Shown piece after piece: positions 1-11,454 of a stretch of DNA of 64,000 bases. The number at the start of each line of letters is the position of its first letter. Within the stretch, counting starts at the first letter, position 1. The stretch spans positions 64,001 through 128,000 of the forward strand of contig JBMNJG010000006.1 of NCBI GenBank assembly GCA_050951545.1, written 5' to 3'. This DNA is from Limnochordia bacterium (GTDB lineage: Bacteria; Bacillota; Limnochordia; DTU080). The notes under the pieces were generated by a model that was given only the letters and a program-made list of their open reading frames with translations, did not search any database and was not told the DNA's origin. A program made the translations under genes and the position numbers.

Positions 1-1472
1 TGGCGGAGAGGCGACCGCAGATCACCCGACGGACCAGCGACTGAAGAGGGTCCAGAAGGGTGACGAGGATTTGGGGCTTGTTGCCCTCTACTTCCACTAC
101 GGCAGGTACCTGCTTATGGGCTGCTCCCGGCCCGGAAGCTTGCCGGCCAACCTGCAGGGGATCTGGAACCACTGGTATGAGGCTCCCTGGAACAGTGACT
201 ACCATACCAACATCAATCTCCAGATGAATTACTGGCCAGCCGAGGTGACCAACCTTTCCGAGTGTCATCTGCCGCTGTTCGACTGGATGGCTAGCTGCAT
301 GCCCAACGGTGAATACATTGCCGAAGAAGCACTATGGTGCCCGTGGCTATGTGATGCACCACGTATCGGACCCGTTCGCCTGTGCCACCCCCATGGACGG
401 AGTGTGCGGCATATGGCCGATGGGAGCCGCGTGGTTGGCCCTGCATGTGTGGGAGCACTTCTCATTCACTGGCAACGAGGAATTCCTACGCCAACGCGGG
501 TGGCCTCTGCTAAGGGGTGCAGCCGAGTTCATCCTAGACTTCCTAGTAGAGGCCCCTCCCGATGTGTCGGGAGCGGGATACTTGGTGACGTCGCCGTCAC
601 ACTCCCCGGAAAACCGCTTCCGCAAGGCGGACGGCTCGATCTCTATGTTCACCTACGCCGCCACCATGGACCTGCAGATCATCCACGATCTGTTCCGCAG
701 TTGTTTGGGGGCGCTCGACATCCTAGGTGGTAGCGATTGGGATTCGCTGCGCGAACAGTTGCACCAAGCCCTAGCGAAGCTGCCACCCCTGCAGGTGAGT
801 GCAAAGACAGGTCGCCTACAGGAATGGATTGAAGACTACGATGAACCCGAACCCGGCCATCGCCACATCTCTCATCTCTTCGGCGTGTACCCAAGTGCCC
901 AGATCACCTGGAGCACCACGCCAGAGCTCATGGCTGCAGCCAGAAAATCACTGGAGGGCCGCTTGGCCCACGGCGGCGGTCACACTGGTTGGAGTAGGGC
1001 TTGGATTATCAACCTATGGGCACGGTTCGGAGAGGGCGCCAAGGCATATGAAAACTTGCATCAGCTACTGGCCAAAGCTACCCTCCCCAACCTCTTTGAT
1101 ACCCATCCGCCATTCCAGATCGACGGCAACTTCGGTGGTTGCGCCGCCATCGCCGAAATGCTTCTTCAGAGCCATCAGGGGTTTGTCGACTTACTCCCGG
1201 CACTGCCTCCCGCCTGGCCAAACGGCCGCGTCCACGGACTGCGGGCTCGAGGCGGTTTCACGGTGGACATCGCATGGCAAGACCATCGGTTAACCCAAGC
1301 CCGCATTATCGCGGACCGGGACGGTCAATGCCGAGTGCGGATTCCGGGGCAACCCGAAATAGCGATAACCACCGACGGGCACACCGCCCTACCCGTCACA
1401 AGGCACGATGGCCTTATCGATTTCACCGTGACCGCTGGCACCGTGTACTCCCTGATCGCGAGTGATTCATAG
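1..1472 (+). CDS. GH95 alpha-1,2-L-fucosidase-family glycoside hydrolase, 5'-partial, with one +1 frameshift at ~323-325
   Basis: Open from base 2 (PTDQRL...[30 protein letters not shown]), then continues in ORF 309..1472 ([41 protein letters not shown]), all typical GH95 motifs. Confidence 0.93.
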
Positions 1473-1548
1473 AGTCCCGACCGCTAGTGCACTTAACACG
1501 CCTCAGGGCACAGAGAATTGGTAGCACTATCCCAATCGTACATATGGG

Positions 1549-1582
1549 GGCCGCCTGGTGAGTATCGGGCGGCCTTTGGTTT
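1549..1582 (+). terminator. rho-independent terminator after GH95
   Basis: ggccgcctg...cgggcggcc stem followed by tttggttt. Confidence 0.65.
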
Positions 1583-1883
1583 AGGTGGAGGGATGCACGC
1601 TACTCGACCATTTTGGCGGTTTCAGTCCGCTATAGGGGCCTTGCGAGTCGCATCACTGCATTCTTGCCACTGGCGTTGACTTCGGGCGGTTCACTGGGCA
1701 ATCGCCAGAGTCCCTAGCAAGGTTGCGCTTAGCCTATGACGTTTCCCAATAACCAGGTATTGGCTATCGTAATGTCACGAACCAGGTCAGAAGAGGATTA
1801 GGCGATGTCATTACCAACAATAGAAATAGCGCTAAACACAGAAGGCGCGCTGCAAGAAGCACCAACCAAAGGAGGGGCAAGTG

Positions 1884-3157
1884 TGAGAAAAGCCACTATG
1901 ATAAGCGTTTTCGTCGTCCTCGGCATACTCACCGTTAGTTGCGGCATGGCGTGGGCCCAAGTGAAGATCCCCATCACATACTGGTATTTCTACGTGACTG
2001 ACGAGCAGCATGTTTACTTGCAGCAGGTGATCGCTGCGTTCAATGCAGAGCATCCACACATCAAGGTAGAAGGGCAGCGTATGTCAGGGAACTTATACGA
2101 CAAGACGCTGGCTGCCATCGTCGGTGGTGCTCCGCCTGATGTACTGCATTTCGAGCGTTCAGCTGTCGTGGAATGGGTCGCCAGCAAGGGTGAGATCTTC
2201 GAGCCTCTTGATGCTTACCTGGCACGCGAGTTGCAGGAGCCAGACGCCTTTCTCCCGATGGCCCAGACCGAGATTGTCTTTCAGGGGCGAGACGTGGGCA
2301 GCTCCCTTTGATACTGATGTGCGAGGACTGCTCTGGCACAATGATGTGCTGCAGGAAGCCGGAATAGACTCCAGCCAAGGGCCTCGTAGTCTGGATGAGC
2401 TGGATAGCAGAGCGCGCAAGCTTACCAAGCTAGGTGCAGACGATAGACTGATCAGGCTGGGCTTTGCACCCTGGATCCAGGAACTGGAACCTGCAGGGGT
2501 GGTTCTGGGCATTCGGTGGTGGTGTGTATGACGCCAAGGCTCGCAGGCCCACCATCGACATTCCAGAGAACCTCGCCGCGCTCAAGTGGGTGCAGTCCTA
2601 CGCCCAGAGATATCGGTGCACGCAAGCGGTCAGCTTCCCTGCAGACAGGGCTGACGTTCATGACAGGGCCAGCTAGGCGATGCGTCTCGATGCATCGGTA
2701 GTCTCTCGATGGCACAATGCTGAAGGCAGCTCCCGGGCTTACTCGGTAGGAACTGGTGAAGTGCCCTGGCCAGAGGGTGGGACCAACGGAACGTGGTCAG
2801 GTGGCTACTGCCACGTGATCCCAAAGGGAAGCAAGCATGTGCGCGAGGCTGCAGAGTTCATCAACTACCTCTCTCAGACGTCAACCCAGGTTCTGACCTA
2901 TGAATCCATCAACCGTCTGCCCACGAACACACGGGCCTTCCGTGAAGCCATGAGCAAAACCACGGGCACCGCTGTGGTTGGGGCTCATGCGCCAACTGCC
3001 CGTATCCCATGGACGGCCACCACTATGGTTGGCGGTACACTTGGCCCTAGCCGATGCCCAAAACTCTGTCCTCACCTTCAAGAAGACTCCAGAACAGGCA
3101 CTGCAAGAAGTGCAGCAGCACATGGAGCGCCAGTTCGCTGAGGTCTTGGGCTGGTAG
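1884..3157 (+). CDS. ABC sugar solute-binding protein (family 1), broken by about 6 single-base insertions (pseudogene or sequencing error)
   Basis: RBS aaggagggg and signal peptide; AIVGGAPPDV, TWAAPFDTDVRGLLW, GFAPW-NW-GWFWAFGG, TWSGGY and EQALQEVQQ..FAEVLGW-stop fall in successive frames; shifts near 2285, 2480, 2614, 2666, 2676, 2965. Confidence 0.88.
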
Positions 3158-3230
3158 AGGCAAGGCGTCAGTAGGCAACCCCGGGTTCCACACTCGCGGT
3201 GGTTAAGCGTACACGTGTCAGTCAAGGCTC

Positions 3231-3254
3231 GGCTGGGGCTGAACAGCCCCAGCC
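3231..3254. terminator. bidirectional terminator hairpin
   Basis: ggctggggctg-aa-cagccccagcc perfect inverted repeat between convergent genes. Confidence 0.65.
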
Positions 3255-3326
3255 TCACTTACGTTGCGATAGCGTGCCTGCTATCTCGTGTCGAGATGCA
3301 TGGCTTCAGCTCTCTCAGTAATACCC

Positions 3327-4358
3327 TCACTTGCCAACCATGTAGGCCTGCTTCTGCGACATGACGGTGTCAGGCAACACGCCAGGCCTTTCTACTGTGC
3401 TGAAATCGACAAGCCCCTGCAAATGCAGATCCCGTAGAATCTCGTAGATCATCATGTCCCTCTGCGGCACTTCGTCCTCTGGCCACAAAGGGGCCGTGGC
3501 CTTGATGCAGGCTCCTAAAGGCTTGGGTTCTCCATCTGATAGGAGCGCAAGCAGTTTCTCGTAGCCCTCCTTCCAGGGAAGGATCTTACTGACGGGCCCC
3601 GGTAGAGGATCCATGGGCAGAATGTCAATTCCCTCACGTTGGATCACCGCGGTAGCGTTGATGGGCATCGGCATTAGCCACTCCATGTCTGGGTTCGGAA
3701 ACGCCAGTGCCGTCGTAGCCATGTAGGTAGCGCCTTCCTGGCGGCCAATCATCAAGGGTTGGTTGATACGTGAGGCAATGACACTCTCAGGCATGTCCTC
3801 ATGAACCATGAGTCCGACGATCGCCGAGGGAAACTCCTGGTAGGCCCGGCGCATGGCCTGAGCGGGATCCAGCCCTTCAGCGACAAAGGACTCAATGAGA
3901 CAACACACCACTTCACTGACGTGTACACCAGACCCATCTGCAAGGGTGGGGTAGTTGCCGACAGCCCCACTGGCCCGTGAGCGAAAAGTGTGACCAGCGT
4001 TCGCCAGTCGCCGCAATACGGCGTTTGAGTCGCGCCGAGTAGCGAAATACCCCTCAGAGCCATTCGCTACGTACGCCATCCGCCCAGTGCAATCGATAAA
4101 GGGATGCGACCACTCGACATCGCCGCCACTCTTGCTGCGGCTGTGGACAATCCCCACTGTGCCCGGCAGCTTCATCGCGTTGGTCTCTTTGATCAGCGTA
4201 GCCACATCACCGACAACCTTCTCGTAGTGGAGCTTGCCTTCTGCTATGGTGGCAATGCCTGTGTAATACCCACCCGCGAAGCCCTCCTGACGAGCGGTCA
4301 TCTCCAGCAGAATCGGGGCAGCTGCCTTATCGCCTACATAGCCAGCCAGATTACACAT
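3327..4358 (-). CDS. stand-alone class II (Ntn) glutamine amidotransferase-like protein
   Basis: N-terminal MCNLAGYVG (Cys nucleophile), GIVHSR, SHPF, ANG in place of HNG; no SIS or synthase domain. Confidence 0.8.
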   Translation of the reverse strand: MCNLAGYVGDKAAAPILLEMTARQEGFAGGYYTGIATIAEGKLHYEKVVGDVATLIKETNAMKLPGTVGIVHSRSKSGGDVEWSHPFIDCTGRMAYVANGSEGYFATRRDSNAVLRRLANAGHTFRSRASGAVGNYPTLADGSGVHVSEVVCCLIESFVAEGLDPAQAMRRAYQEFPSAIVGLMVHEDMPESVIASRINQPLMIGRQEGATYMATTALAFPNPDMEWLMPMPINATAVIQREGIDILPMDPLPGPVSKILPWKEGYEKLLALLSDGEPKPLGACIKATAPLWPEDEVPQRDMMIYEILRDLHLQGLVDFSTVERPGVLPDTVMSQKQAYMVGK

Positions 4359-4467
4359 GAGTTAGTCACCCTTTCGAAGAGTCAGGGGCAATCTTCACCG
4401 CCAGCCAGGGGTTCCCTGCAAGAGTAGGTGGTGAGCACATTGGGAGGCAGTACTTGCACGCTCAACA

Positions 4468-7400
4468 CTACCGGAACCTGAGCCAGACAGACCCCGTAGG
4501 TACTCCGACGAATGAGATATCCATCTGCACCATGTCACCCGCGGTCGTGAAGGACACGGGCTGCCAATCTTCGTGCTCGAGCGTCTCTGCCAGGCCCTCT
4601 TTCCCCAAGGCGGGAAGCCAACCCAAGCGGGTGCAATCCACCTGCGTCTGCGGCAAGGATAGACGTAGGGGGGCCGTTCCACACACCCGCATCACCTCCG
4701 GCGTGTGTACCTCTAGGTACCCGACGTGAGGAATGCTCCAACCCCGGGCCCCAGAAAATGGATACCCGCCCCGGCGATCTTGGGTCTTGATAGCCGTCGT
4801 CGTCTCCTGAAGCTCAACAGCCCGGATTGGATACGCCGTTTCGTCGCGCCCGTCGTCCACGAAAACCTCCCACCCAACCAGGGCCAACAACTCCGAATGG
4901 ACACCGTTGACCACAAACCCGTCAGGTAGCTCATGGACTATCTCCCCTGCGAGGCTGTCTTCTGCAGCCAACACTGCCAGGTCATAGTCCCCAATGCTGA
5001 CCCTGCGCCCACCGATGACGCCCATTATCTCGACGCCCTGGTCGCTTAGGGAAGTGATCCCCGCCAAACCCTGGAAGCGGAGTTCACCATGGCGAGTCGT
5101 GGCCGACACAGTGGCCGGCTGGGTCGCACTGATGATGCAGTCGGTGTGGTGCCCGGCCTTGATCTCTACAGCGACGGCGCCCGCGGCACCAGTCAAGCCC
5201 TCGCCCGACAACGGAAGCCGTTGAGCGCTCTCCACAAGAGGCTCAGTTCGATAGCCTTCGTACACGCTGAGGTACTGGCTCTCCAGTGTGGGGAGGCCGC
5301 CAACTGGCTCCACAATACTGCGCCGCCTGATGACATAGGGCAGAGTAGTGTATGGATCCTTCGTCGCCCGCTGGCCCCAGCCATCAGCTAGCAGCACCTG
5401 CTCATCCTGGGCGGCAATGGCTAGGGTCTGAAACGTTAGACTCCCCGCGCGCCAACGCAATCGCCAGTCCTCGCTCCGACCCCCACGTGCGTTCGAGAAC
5501 TGGTAGCGGCCCAGCTGCGTACCACTCGAGTGTAACTGAATCCCCTCAGGCTGCACCTGTTGGCCGGGGCCGTGGAACAACAGGTCGTGTGTTCCTCCAC
5601 CCGCCACGCGGAAGACATCGAAGACATAGCTGTTCTCCCCTGGGTGCTCAACTTGAGCCACAAACCGCCGGTACAGTGACGTAGTATGATAGGCATTGGA
5701 GGCGCCTTCCATCACCTTGAGGCGCCCCAAGGGATGGAAAAGCTGCACGCTGCCTCCGCGTCCCTGCGTCTGTTGATTCATCTCGTCTACCACCACGAGG
5801 TTGTGAGCCACGGAACGCGTCGTCATATGCGCACTTGGGCTGTCCGCTAGATAGCCCAGGTCAGAAAGAAGCTCCTGTCCATCCTTCCAATACGTGAGGT
5901 TGAGGCTGTCGTGGTGGTGATGGCCCCCCCAATCTGACATGCTCAAGGTCACGGCAGTATCCCTACCAGAACGCCCGCCACGCAGATAGGCTAGCTTCCA
6001 CGCCGGAAAGAGTGCATCGGGAAATGACAGCGTAGGCGCACCGCCCATGTCAAACTGGGGTTCCTTGTACAGAGTCAGCAAGAAGAGGTCGCTCATCCGC
6101 TCCCGGTACAGCCCTTTGTACTCCGGCATATCGTCGTAGCGCAGGGCCATCAGTAGCATCATCATCTCAGTCAGCCCGTTCGTTCGGAAAGAGTCAGCGA
6201 TGGGCGGATACCTCAGGTTCGGCAGCAGACTCAGGTACATGTTGCGCCACACCGCCTGGTACTTGTGATCGCGGTAGATATTGAGGTTGTCCAAGCGATG
6301 CCCATCAGCATCGGCGTACCCCTCCGGATCGCTGTACCCGTGGAGGATCTCACCCAACTGCCACATGGAGCCCAGCACAGCTAGAGCGTAAGCAGGGCTC
6401 TCGGACGTAGAGCCATCCGACAGGAACCACTCATCCAAGGTGCGCCGCAGGCCATCGAGGCCCCAGCGAACCAAGAGAGGATCGCCCAACACGCTGCCGA
6501 TGGCCGCCACCGCCGTACGGGCGGTGATCGACTTGTTGTTGATGTCGCTATCGGCGAGCAAAAGCTTGGTCCCCTCCAAGAGCAGATCCCTCTCGACGGA
6601 TATCCGTTCTTCATCGAAAAAGAGAGGCTGACCCTCTGCGTCGGCCGCTTCGGCCACGAGGTCGTAGGCAATCGTCACAGGAAGCAGGAAGCTGCCTTCC
6701 CGCCCCTCGCCGCTCGCCCGCCCTGCCATCCAGTACCCTGCATGAAGACGCCGATTGGGTCGATTTGGCGAAACAACCAACTTGTCGGCGGGTAGTGCCG
6801 TGATATTCCCCGCGGCCACCAGAGGGTCGATGGCGGCAAACTCGTGGTACCCCGAATGTATCATGTAACCGGGGTAGACATGCGCAAAGCGCAAGAGGAT
6901 CGCCTTTGCCTGCCGTGCGTAAACGAGATCTCCCGTCAAGGCGTAAAGCAAGCCCAACTTCTCAACCTGCTGGGCCATGTAACCCACCTTTCGCGCCCGT
7001 ATATGGCCCGTGAATGAGGTCGCCAAGGGAAAGCCGTTGTACACCCAGTCTTTACTGCGATTAAAGGCTAAGCACTGCTGCCTACCGCCAAAGGTCGTCG
7101 TCAGCACAATATCTTCAGGGTGATTTTCATTGGGGAATCTCATGCCTGTGGCCCGATCGGTAATCACGTCGGGTTCTGAGGGCGACCATTCCCAGTCACC
7201 GTGGGGAAAGCCCCTGTCAGAGACCGGCGATGGGGTAAAGATCGCCGCGGTTGGCGTCGTCTCTGGAATCATGTGCGCAATATCCTCATCGTCGTAGTCC
7301 ATCACGAGACGGACGTCGTGCATAAGCGTGCGAAGTGTCTGTCTGCCAATGGCCCCAGCGAAGTTGCTTCGGGCGTTTTCCACCATCACTCGCTTATACA

Positions 7401-8269
7401 GGCTGGCGGGAAGCTCCACGCGGGCCCGCCAGGTCTTCCCACCGTTCAAGCGAAAAGGGTACGCTGTAGGCGGCCTCACCCTCCGGTTCCACAGCAGGAA
7501 TGCCCGCTTTTCTGCCTGCTCGCGCCGCAAGTCATCCAACCGGGCGATCTGACCTCGAGGCGAGGGTCCTCATAGAGCAACGGGATCCACGCCTCCGAGT
7601 TCAGAACACCTGACGCAAAGTCGTCGCTGAAGAACAGCTGCCCATCCACCGTAACTTTGACCGAGCGGAATTGGATGGTGCTCCAGTCACCCAGAGAGGA
7701 GTGAGCGTTGGCCAGATAGGGGAAGCTCCCCGTGCTGAAACCCTTACCCACAATAAGCCAAGGTAGCCCCTCACCCGGGACGTCCAACAGAGGAGAGGAA
7801 GAGCCATGACTCCTGATCCACGGAAACGAAAACGTCTACCGTGTCACCCCTCCAAACCAGACGCAGGCCAGTCCACCCGCCTGAGCGTGGCTGCACAGTG
7901 AAGTCCTGATCCCTCAGCCAGGTGCCTGTTATGTAGCCCTCTAGCCGGAAGTAACTTCCGCCCCAACCGGCGTTACGGATGCCAATCCACGCCTGTGGAC
8001 CCCAGTACAGGTAGATGCCAGGGGCCCACGTAGCCCCAGCCGCGTCTGCAATGCGCACCTGCAACTCTGCCGCGAGTTCCCTCCGGTTCTCCGTCAAGAG
8101 CCAATGGATGAACGACTAGCGCATGGCCATTGACTCGACTCTCAAACACCAGGGCCCCGTCTTTGATAGACAGTGAAGAGGCATCTTGGGCCAGCGCACC
8201 AGCTAGTGGATACAGCATTAGGAACAGCGAAGAGGCCACTGACCAACACAGTGCATACCTAAGTTTCAC
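4468..8269 (-). CDS. secreted heparinase II/III-like polysaccharide lyase, paralogue 1 (frameshifts at ~7552, ~7775, ~8080)
   Basis: ORF pieces 7973..8269, 7771..8097, 7476..7787 and 4468..7539 join into a protein colinear with 11455..15210 and 52330..56100; motifs ESPAY, PPIADS, GGHHHHDSL, DLGY, AHNLVVVD. Confidence 0.88.
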
Positions 8270-8342
8270 AGCTGAACCCCCTTGCCCAGCACCTTCGCCT
8301 CGTCTATGCTCGGTCCTTCCCGCGGAATCGCCAACCCTGAGG

Positions 8343-8372
8343 TTGACGCTTAACGTAGCCGAAGGTTATGGT
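8343..8372 (+). promoter_or_regulatory. putative sigmaA promoter, followed by an imperfect inverted repeat at 8384-8402
   Basis: TTGACG-N18-TATGGT; tggtcaatagattgtacca palindrome just downstream. Confidence 0.4.
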
Positions 8373-8426
8373 ATGTTTGCACATGGTCAATAGATTGTAC
8401 CAACACAACGTGGCGAGCGAGCTGAG

Positions 8427-9448
8427 ATGCTGGCGAGTGGGACGGCCCCAGATGCCTTCTTGCTCTCATGGGCTTACTTCGGTGAGTTTGCCAAAACCGA
8501 AGCGCTGCTTGATCTATCCCCCATGCTGACGCGGGATTGGAGCGCCATGCGCGCCTCTGACATATTCCCAGCAGCTCTCGAATCAGCTCAGTACAGGGGC
8601 AAACAGTTGGGCATCCCCTTGCTTCCTGCCACAGCATGATGTACCATAACGAAGAGCTCCTACAGAGAAGTGGCCTTGACGGCCCCCGGCCGAATTGGAG
8701 TTGGGACGACTTTCTGGACTACGCCACCAAAGTGACGCAGCGCTCAGGGGCTGGTACTCTCGCCGAGACCTACGGCATAGACGCCCTGTCCTACTGGGGT
8801 ATTTGGAGTTCCATTCTGTTCTCTCAGGGCGGCAGCTTTTGGGATGAGAGCTATGACGACATTGTCATCAACTCGCCAGCGGGCAGACGTACGTTCCAGT
8901 TCGTCTGCGATCTCATACACGAATACCAGGTCGCACCACCAGCGGGGCATGGCTTGGGCAACCTTTGGAACGCAGGCAAGCTGGGCTTTACTGTTGCTGG
9001 TTCTGCGCTGATTACGAACATGCAACGGGACCAGCTCTTCGACTTTGGCCTGACAAACTACCCGAAAGGGCCGCATGGACAGTACAATCCCGGTGGCATC
9101 CTCGCTGCCGCGGGGAACGCTGCGACAAAGCATCCTGAGGCCACCTGGAGCTTCCTCAAGTTCCTTCTCAGCCCCGCCATCCAGGAGCTGCGCAATGAGT
9201 TTGGCAACGACATGCCTGTGCGAGCCTCCGCACTACGCAGGATTGCAGATCCCTTGATGAGGAGCTACGGCATGGGGATCGAGTATGCTCGTGTGTGGAC
9301 GAATCAGTACTACTCCCAGTTGGATAGCATCGTCAGCGGCGAAGTGTCGGGTATGCTCAGAGGAATGAAGAGCGTGGAGGCAGGCCTTGACAGCATGAAT
9401 ACGCGGCTTAGAGGGTATCTGTCTGGCATAGGTCATGCATCGCGCTAG
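8427..9448 (+). pseudogene. ABC sugar solute-binding protein, 5'-truncated (no signal peptide) and frameshifted at ~8620
   Basis: Begins at MLASGTAPDAF (normally about 70-80 residues into the protein); continues GIP-shift-MMYHNEELL, WSWDDFLD, TKHPEATWSFLKFL. Confidence 0.82.
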
Positions 9449-9621
9449 TTCACGAGGGGTCAGCGCATAGGGCCCCACGACCTGCAGACTCCATGGCCGC
9501 CAAACCGTCGTAGGGAAAACCTCCACCCAACAGTCCCTCTGTTGAGAAGCACACGCGAAAACGCGTGGTTTCCAATACTGGTGGCGTGTTGATTCGGCTT
9601 CCAACGAGGAAATGGTCATCT

Positions 9622-9755
9622 ATGAGGCCGAACAATAGCGCCCAGCGCTGGGCTTCAGGATCTGCGTGACCTGGATGACGCTAAGTACATGGCTGCAGGA
9701 GAACGGTACGATGTGGCCTGTTTTCTGGCCCAACACGCAGCGAAGAAAGGGTTCA
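9622..9755 (+). pseudogene. HEPN-domain protein N-terminal fragment
   Basis: Manual translation MRPNNSAQRW-shift-LQDLRDLDDAKYMAAGERYDVACFLAQHAAKKG matches the HEPN RW..DL..A...Y..ACFLAQQAAEK pattern; similarity stops at a hairpin. Confidence 0.65.
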
Positions 9756-9795
9756 CGTTGAAAAAGGACTGCGCAGGTCACGTGGCCTGCGCAGT
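9756..9795 (-). terminator. terminator hairpin, family A copy 1
   Basis: actgcgcagg-tcacgtgg-cctgcgcagt with a T-run on the minus strand; closely resembles 18218..18265. Confidence 0.7.
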
Positions 9796-9906
9796 TTGCG
9801 TATCCGTCCAATGCTAGAGACGGGTCCGACTTGAGCGACTGCGGCCAGATCTGTGCAGGGGCGGCTCCGCCAACGTAGTAGGCCGATCCGCTAGCCGTTG
9901 GGGGGC

Positions 9907-11139
9907 CTACTTACCAAACACTTCGTCAAAGCGAGCTGTCATGATGATCTGCACCCTCTCAAGAGCCTCTTGAGGCGCCATCCTACCAGCTATCATCATG
10001 TCTTCGCTCTCCCTCAGAGCTCGGTACCATTCACCGTCCATCGGAGCCCGCGGCACAGCATAGGGAAGGAGTGCAAGGAGTGGCTCATAAGCCCGGTCAA
10101 GTCTAGACGCGACCATTCTAATGCCATCCCAGTTGGCTGGCAAAAGCGCTTCGAACTCCAACCAGCGACGCGCCTGCACTTTAGCGGAGGCAAGAAAAGC
10201 AAGCACCTTGAATGCCTCCGTTTTGTTCACGGCGCCAGAGGGAACACCCACAACATATCCTCCACCCCAGGTGATCTTCCGACCCTGGGGCGGATGCGGC
10301 ACAGGGCTCGTCGCAAAGGAGATCTTGTCCCTTGTGTAGTTTGACGCATTGCTTGTCGAGGCGATGGTCATAGCAAGGGTGCCTCTATCGAAACTCGCTC
10401 CCCCCGGTACTGGAGATCTCGTTCTTCCATAGCGTCGCGCCCACTCGTCAATCCACTCAAATGCTTTTACGTTGCTTGGCAACGTAGCGGTTGGATGGAA
10501 ACGCCTCCCCGATTCGTCTACCAGTTCACCCCCGAAGGCCCAGATCCAGCCCCTGGCATCCCAGTTTCCGAGCCAAGGCGCAAAGCCAATCCGCCTATAA
10601 GTGCCGTCAGCGGACGGTTCGCTCAGCTTCTGATTCCATGGCACAAGATCCTCGAAAAGCGGATCCGCATCAGGATCAAGGCCCGCTTCTCCCAACAGCT
10701 CAATGCGCTTCACCAAGCCTCGCGAAGTCGAGTGGTATGGCGCAGCATACAGCCTTCCATCGAAGGTGACTTCCTGTGCTTCGCCAGGTGTGAAGTTGAA
10801 CCCCCGCAAGACCCCCGTCACGTCCTCAAGCAGTCCTTGAGCCGCAAGCTGTTTCACGTGGCCCCCATCGAGCCACGAAACGTCCGGAGCAGCACCAGCC
10901 GCGATTGCGACGTAGAGACGCTCGAGAAAGACTCTTTGATCACCCGAGATATGCGCTATCTCAAAGTCCACACCTGGATTTTCCTCTTGGTACCAACTAA
11001 AGAGCGCTGACCACTGACGGATCACCTCGTCGTTGGCCCAAGCCCACACAGTGAGTCTCGGCGCCGCCTCCAGTGGCGCCGTCAGAATCGCCATGCCTAA
11101 CACGGCTACCAGCACTTGCAGGATTCGTCTCCTGAGCAT
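9907..11139 (-). CDS. ABC sugar solute-binding protein (family 1)
   Basis: Signal peptide ending LEA-APR, AIAAGAAPDV, LYAAPY, GFAPWLGNW, TWGGGY. Confidence 0.92.
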   Translation of the reverse strand: MLRRRILQVLVAVLGMAILTAPLEAAPRLTVWAWANDEVIRQWSALFSWYQEENPGVDFEIAHISGDQRVFLERLYVAIAAGAAPDVSWLDGGHVKQLAAQGLLEDVTGVLRGFNFTPGEAQEVTFDGRLYAAPYHSTSRGLVKRIELLGEAGLDPDADPLFEDLVPWNQKLSEPSADGTYRRIGFAPWLGNWDARGWIWAFGGELVDESGRRFHPTATLPSNVKAFEWIDEWARRYGRTRSPVPGGASFDRGTLAMTIASTSNASNYTRDKISFATSPVPHPPQGRKITWGGGYVVGVPSGAVNKTEAFKVLAFLASAKVQARRWLEFEALLPANWDGIRMVASRLDRAYEPLLALLPYAVPRAPMDGEWYRALRESEDMMIAGRMAPQEALERVQIIMTARFDEVFGK

Positions 11140-11394
11140 CAAAGACCACCCTTTCATCTCCAAACTACGCGGCATTCTGCCGCCACGTCCGATCCAGAAT
11201 GGCTATCTAGTCCTGTCGCCCCCATATCCTGACGCATCTCTAGAGATTGTCCCGTTCACTGTGGGAATTGGCTGTGGTGACTACGCATATAAGGTGCTTG
11301 TTATACACGTTGGTTAATCTATCCTTCCAGAAAGCCGCGTTCTTTTCGGAAGAGGGTAGTAGCCTTGGTCGCGGCAAAAGAGCCGAGACGGGAA

Positions 11395-11421
11395 GACACG
11401 GCCACCTTAGGCAGCCGTGTC
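11395..11421 (-). terminator. terminator hairpin, family B copy 1
   Basis: gacacggc...gccgtgtc just downstream of lyase paralogue 2. Confidence 0.6.
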
Positions 11422-11454
11422 CTTTCACTGCTATCTTGTGTCTCGCTCTCCTCA

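Noticed and set aside
71-733. Separate 220-aa protein
   Set aside because: Only the first ~84 codons are GH95; the rest is out-of-frame read-through after the indel
300-8640. Programmed ribosomal frameshifting or phase variation
   Set aside because: No slippery heptamers or long homopolymers; many scattered indels of both signs fit consensus error better
9490-9570. Structured ncRNA from tandem small hairpins (caacag/ctgttg, cacgcg/cgcgtg)
   Set aside because: Short stems only, no recognisable family motif; compatible with terminator or chance structure
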